A model generated the notes under the pieces. That model was given only the letters and a program-made list of their open reading frames with translations. It was not told the DNA's origin and did no database searches. A stretch of 64,000 nucleotides of DNA. Source: Gammaproteobacteria bacterium (lineage in GTDB: Bacteria > Pseudomonadota > Gammaproteobacteria > Arenicellales > Poriferihabitantaceae). Shown piece by piece: positions 63,555-64,000 of the stretch. The stretch lies in the NCBI GenBank assembly GCA_011088265.1, contig JAALKB010000002.1, positions 5,909 through 69,908 of the forward strand, written 5' to 3'. Both the position numbers and the translations under genes were made by a program. Every line of letters begins with the position of its first letter. Position 1 is the stretch's first letter.

Positions 63555-64000
63555 GCTGGCACCCCGATAACCCTGACTTCCGTCGTCAATTGCACGTTAA
63601 ATTGATCAAGGACGTTTTGCTGGATCCCTTCTATCAACTCGATGATATTTGATGCGTTTGCCTCTCCCGTATTAATGATGAAGTTTGCATGGGTCATCGA
63701 AACCTCGGCGCCCCCTATCTTCTTACCCTTCCATCCTGCCTTTTCAATAAACTCCGCAGCAAAACCACCTTTGGGATTCTGAAACACGGATCCCGCGTTT
63801 GCACTTTGAATAGGCTGAGACGCACTTCTTTTATCTAGTAAACTACGTATTTTCTCCTTGCCCAACCAACCTTCCGGAGCAAAATTCAGTTTCAATTTCC
63901 CCTCTGTGATCCAATGATCAGGAGGGATATCGGCTGCTCGATATCGATAGTCTATTTCCTGAGATGAGAACACATGGAGCACTCCCCAACGATCAACACA
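63551..64000 (-). CDS. murB: UDP-N-acetylenolpyruvoylglucosamine reductase, C-terminal part (5' end lies beyond the window)
   Basis: Motifs ANAGSVFQNP, AGWKGKKIGGAEVS..HANFI.N and a typical C-terminus are present. The frame stays open to the window edge. Confidence 0.85.
   Translation of the reverse strand, partial: CVDRWGVLHVFSSQEIDYRYRAADIPPDHWITEGKLKLNFAPEGWLGKEKIRSLLDKRSASQPIQSANAGSVFQNPKGGFAAEFIEKAGWKGKKIGGAEVSMTHANFIINTGEANASNIIELIEGIQQNVLDQFNVQLTTEVRVIGVPA

Overview
The window reads as a chromosomal segment of a gammaproteobacterium. This is judged from gene order: a divergent bamD/rluD pair, ftsYEX, rsmD-coaD, murA next to his genes, mutT-argJ-secA-DUF721-lpxC-ftsZAQ, and pilBC-coaE. 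I count about 56 protein-coding genes, almost all housekeeping and intact. I found no rRNA, tRNA, CRISPR array, prophage, or recognisable defence, toxin-antitoxin or secretion-effector system. All product calls rest on conserved motifs read from the supplied translations; no homology search was possible.

Non-core content:
1. A peptide/opine-type ABC importer operon (8.1-15.1 kb) with the unusual gene order ATPase, binding protein, permease, permease. It is preceded by a TIGR02466-like 2OG-Fe(II)-oxygenase-fold gene and an 18-bp perfect palindrome.
2. A dispersed envelope-glycan gene set (15-29 kb): two GT4 glycosyltransferases, two tandem paralogous MurG-like (COG4671-type) glycosyltransferases coupled to a deacetylase-like gene, a short BamC-like lipoprotein, a porin and a TPR-sulfotransferase. 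The set is interrupted by a LysR regulator, a GcvT/DmdA-like aminomethyltransferase and an orphan panB.
3. A decaying islet between tmcA and hisC (35.6-39.0 kb): an IS3-family orfA remnant plus an aldo/keto reductase and a GMC oxidoreductase, each broken by a single-base homopolymer indel.
4. A pilB-pilC locus where the usual pilD is replaced by a 390-bp palindrome- and repeat-rich spacer.

Several intergenic regions carry perfect short tandem duplications and inverted repeats that look like operators.

The best candidate for an undescribed system is the export-less glycosyltransferase/deacetylase module at 19.7-24.2 kb. Its novelty cannot be demonstrated from sequence alone, and I see nothing more exotic.
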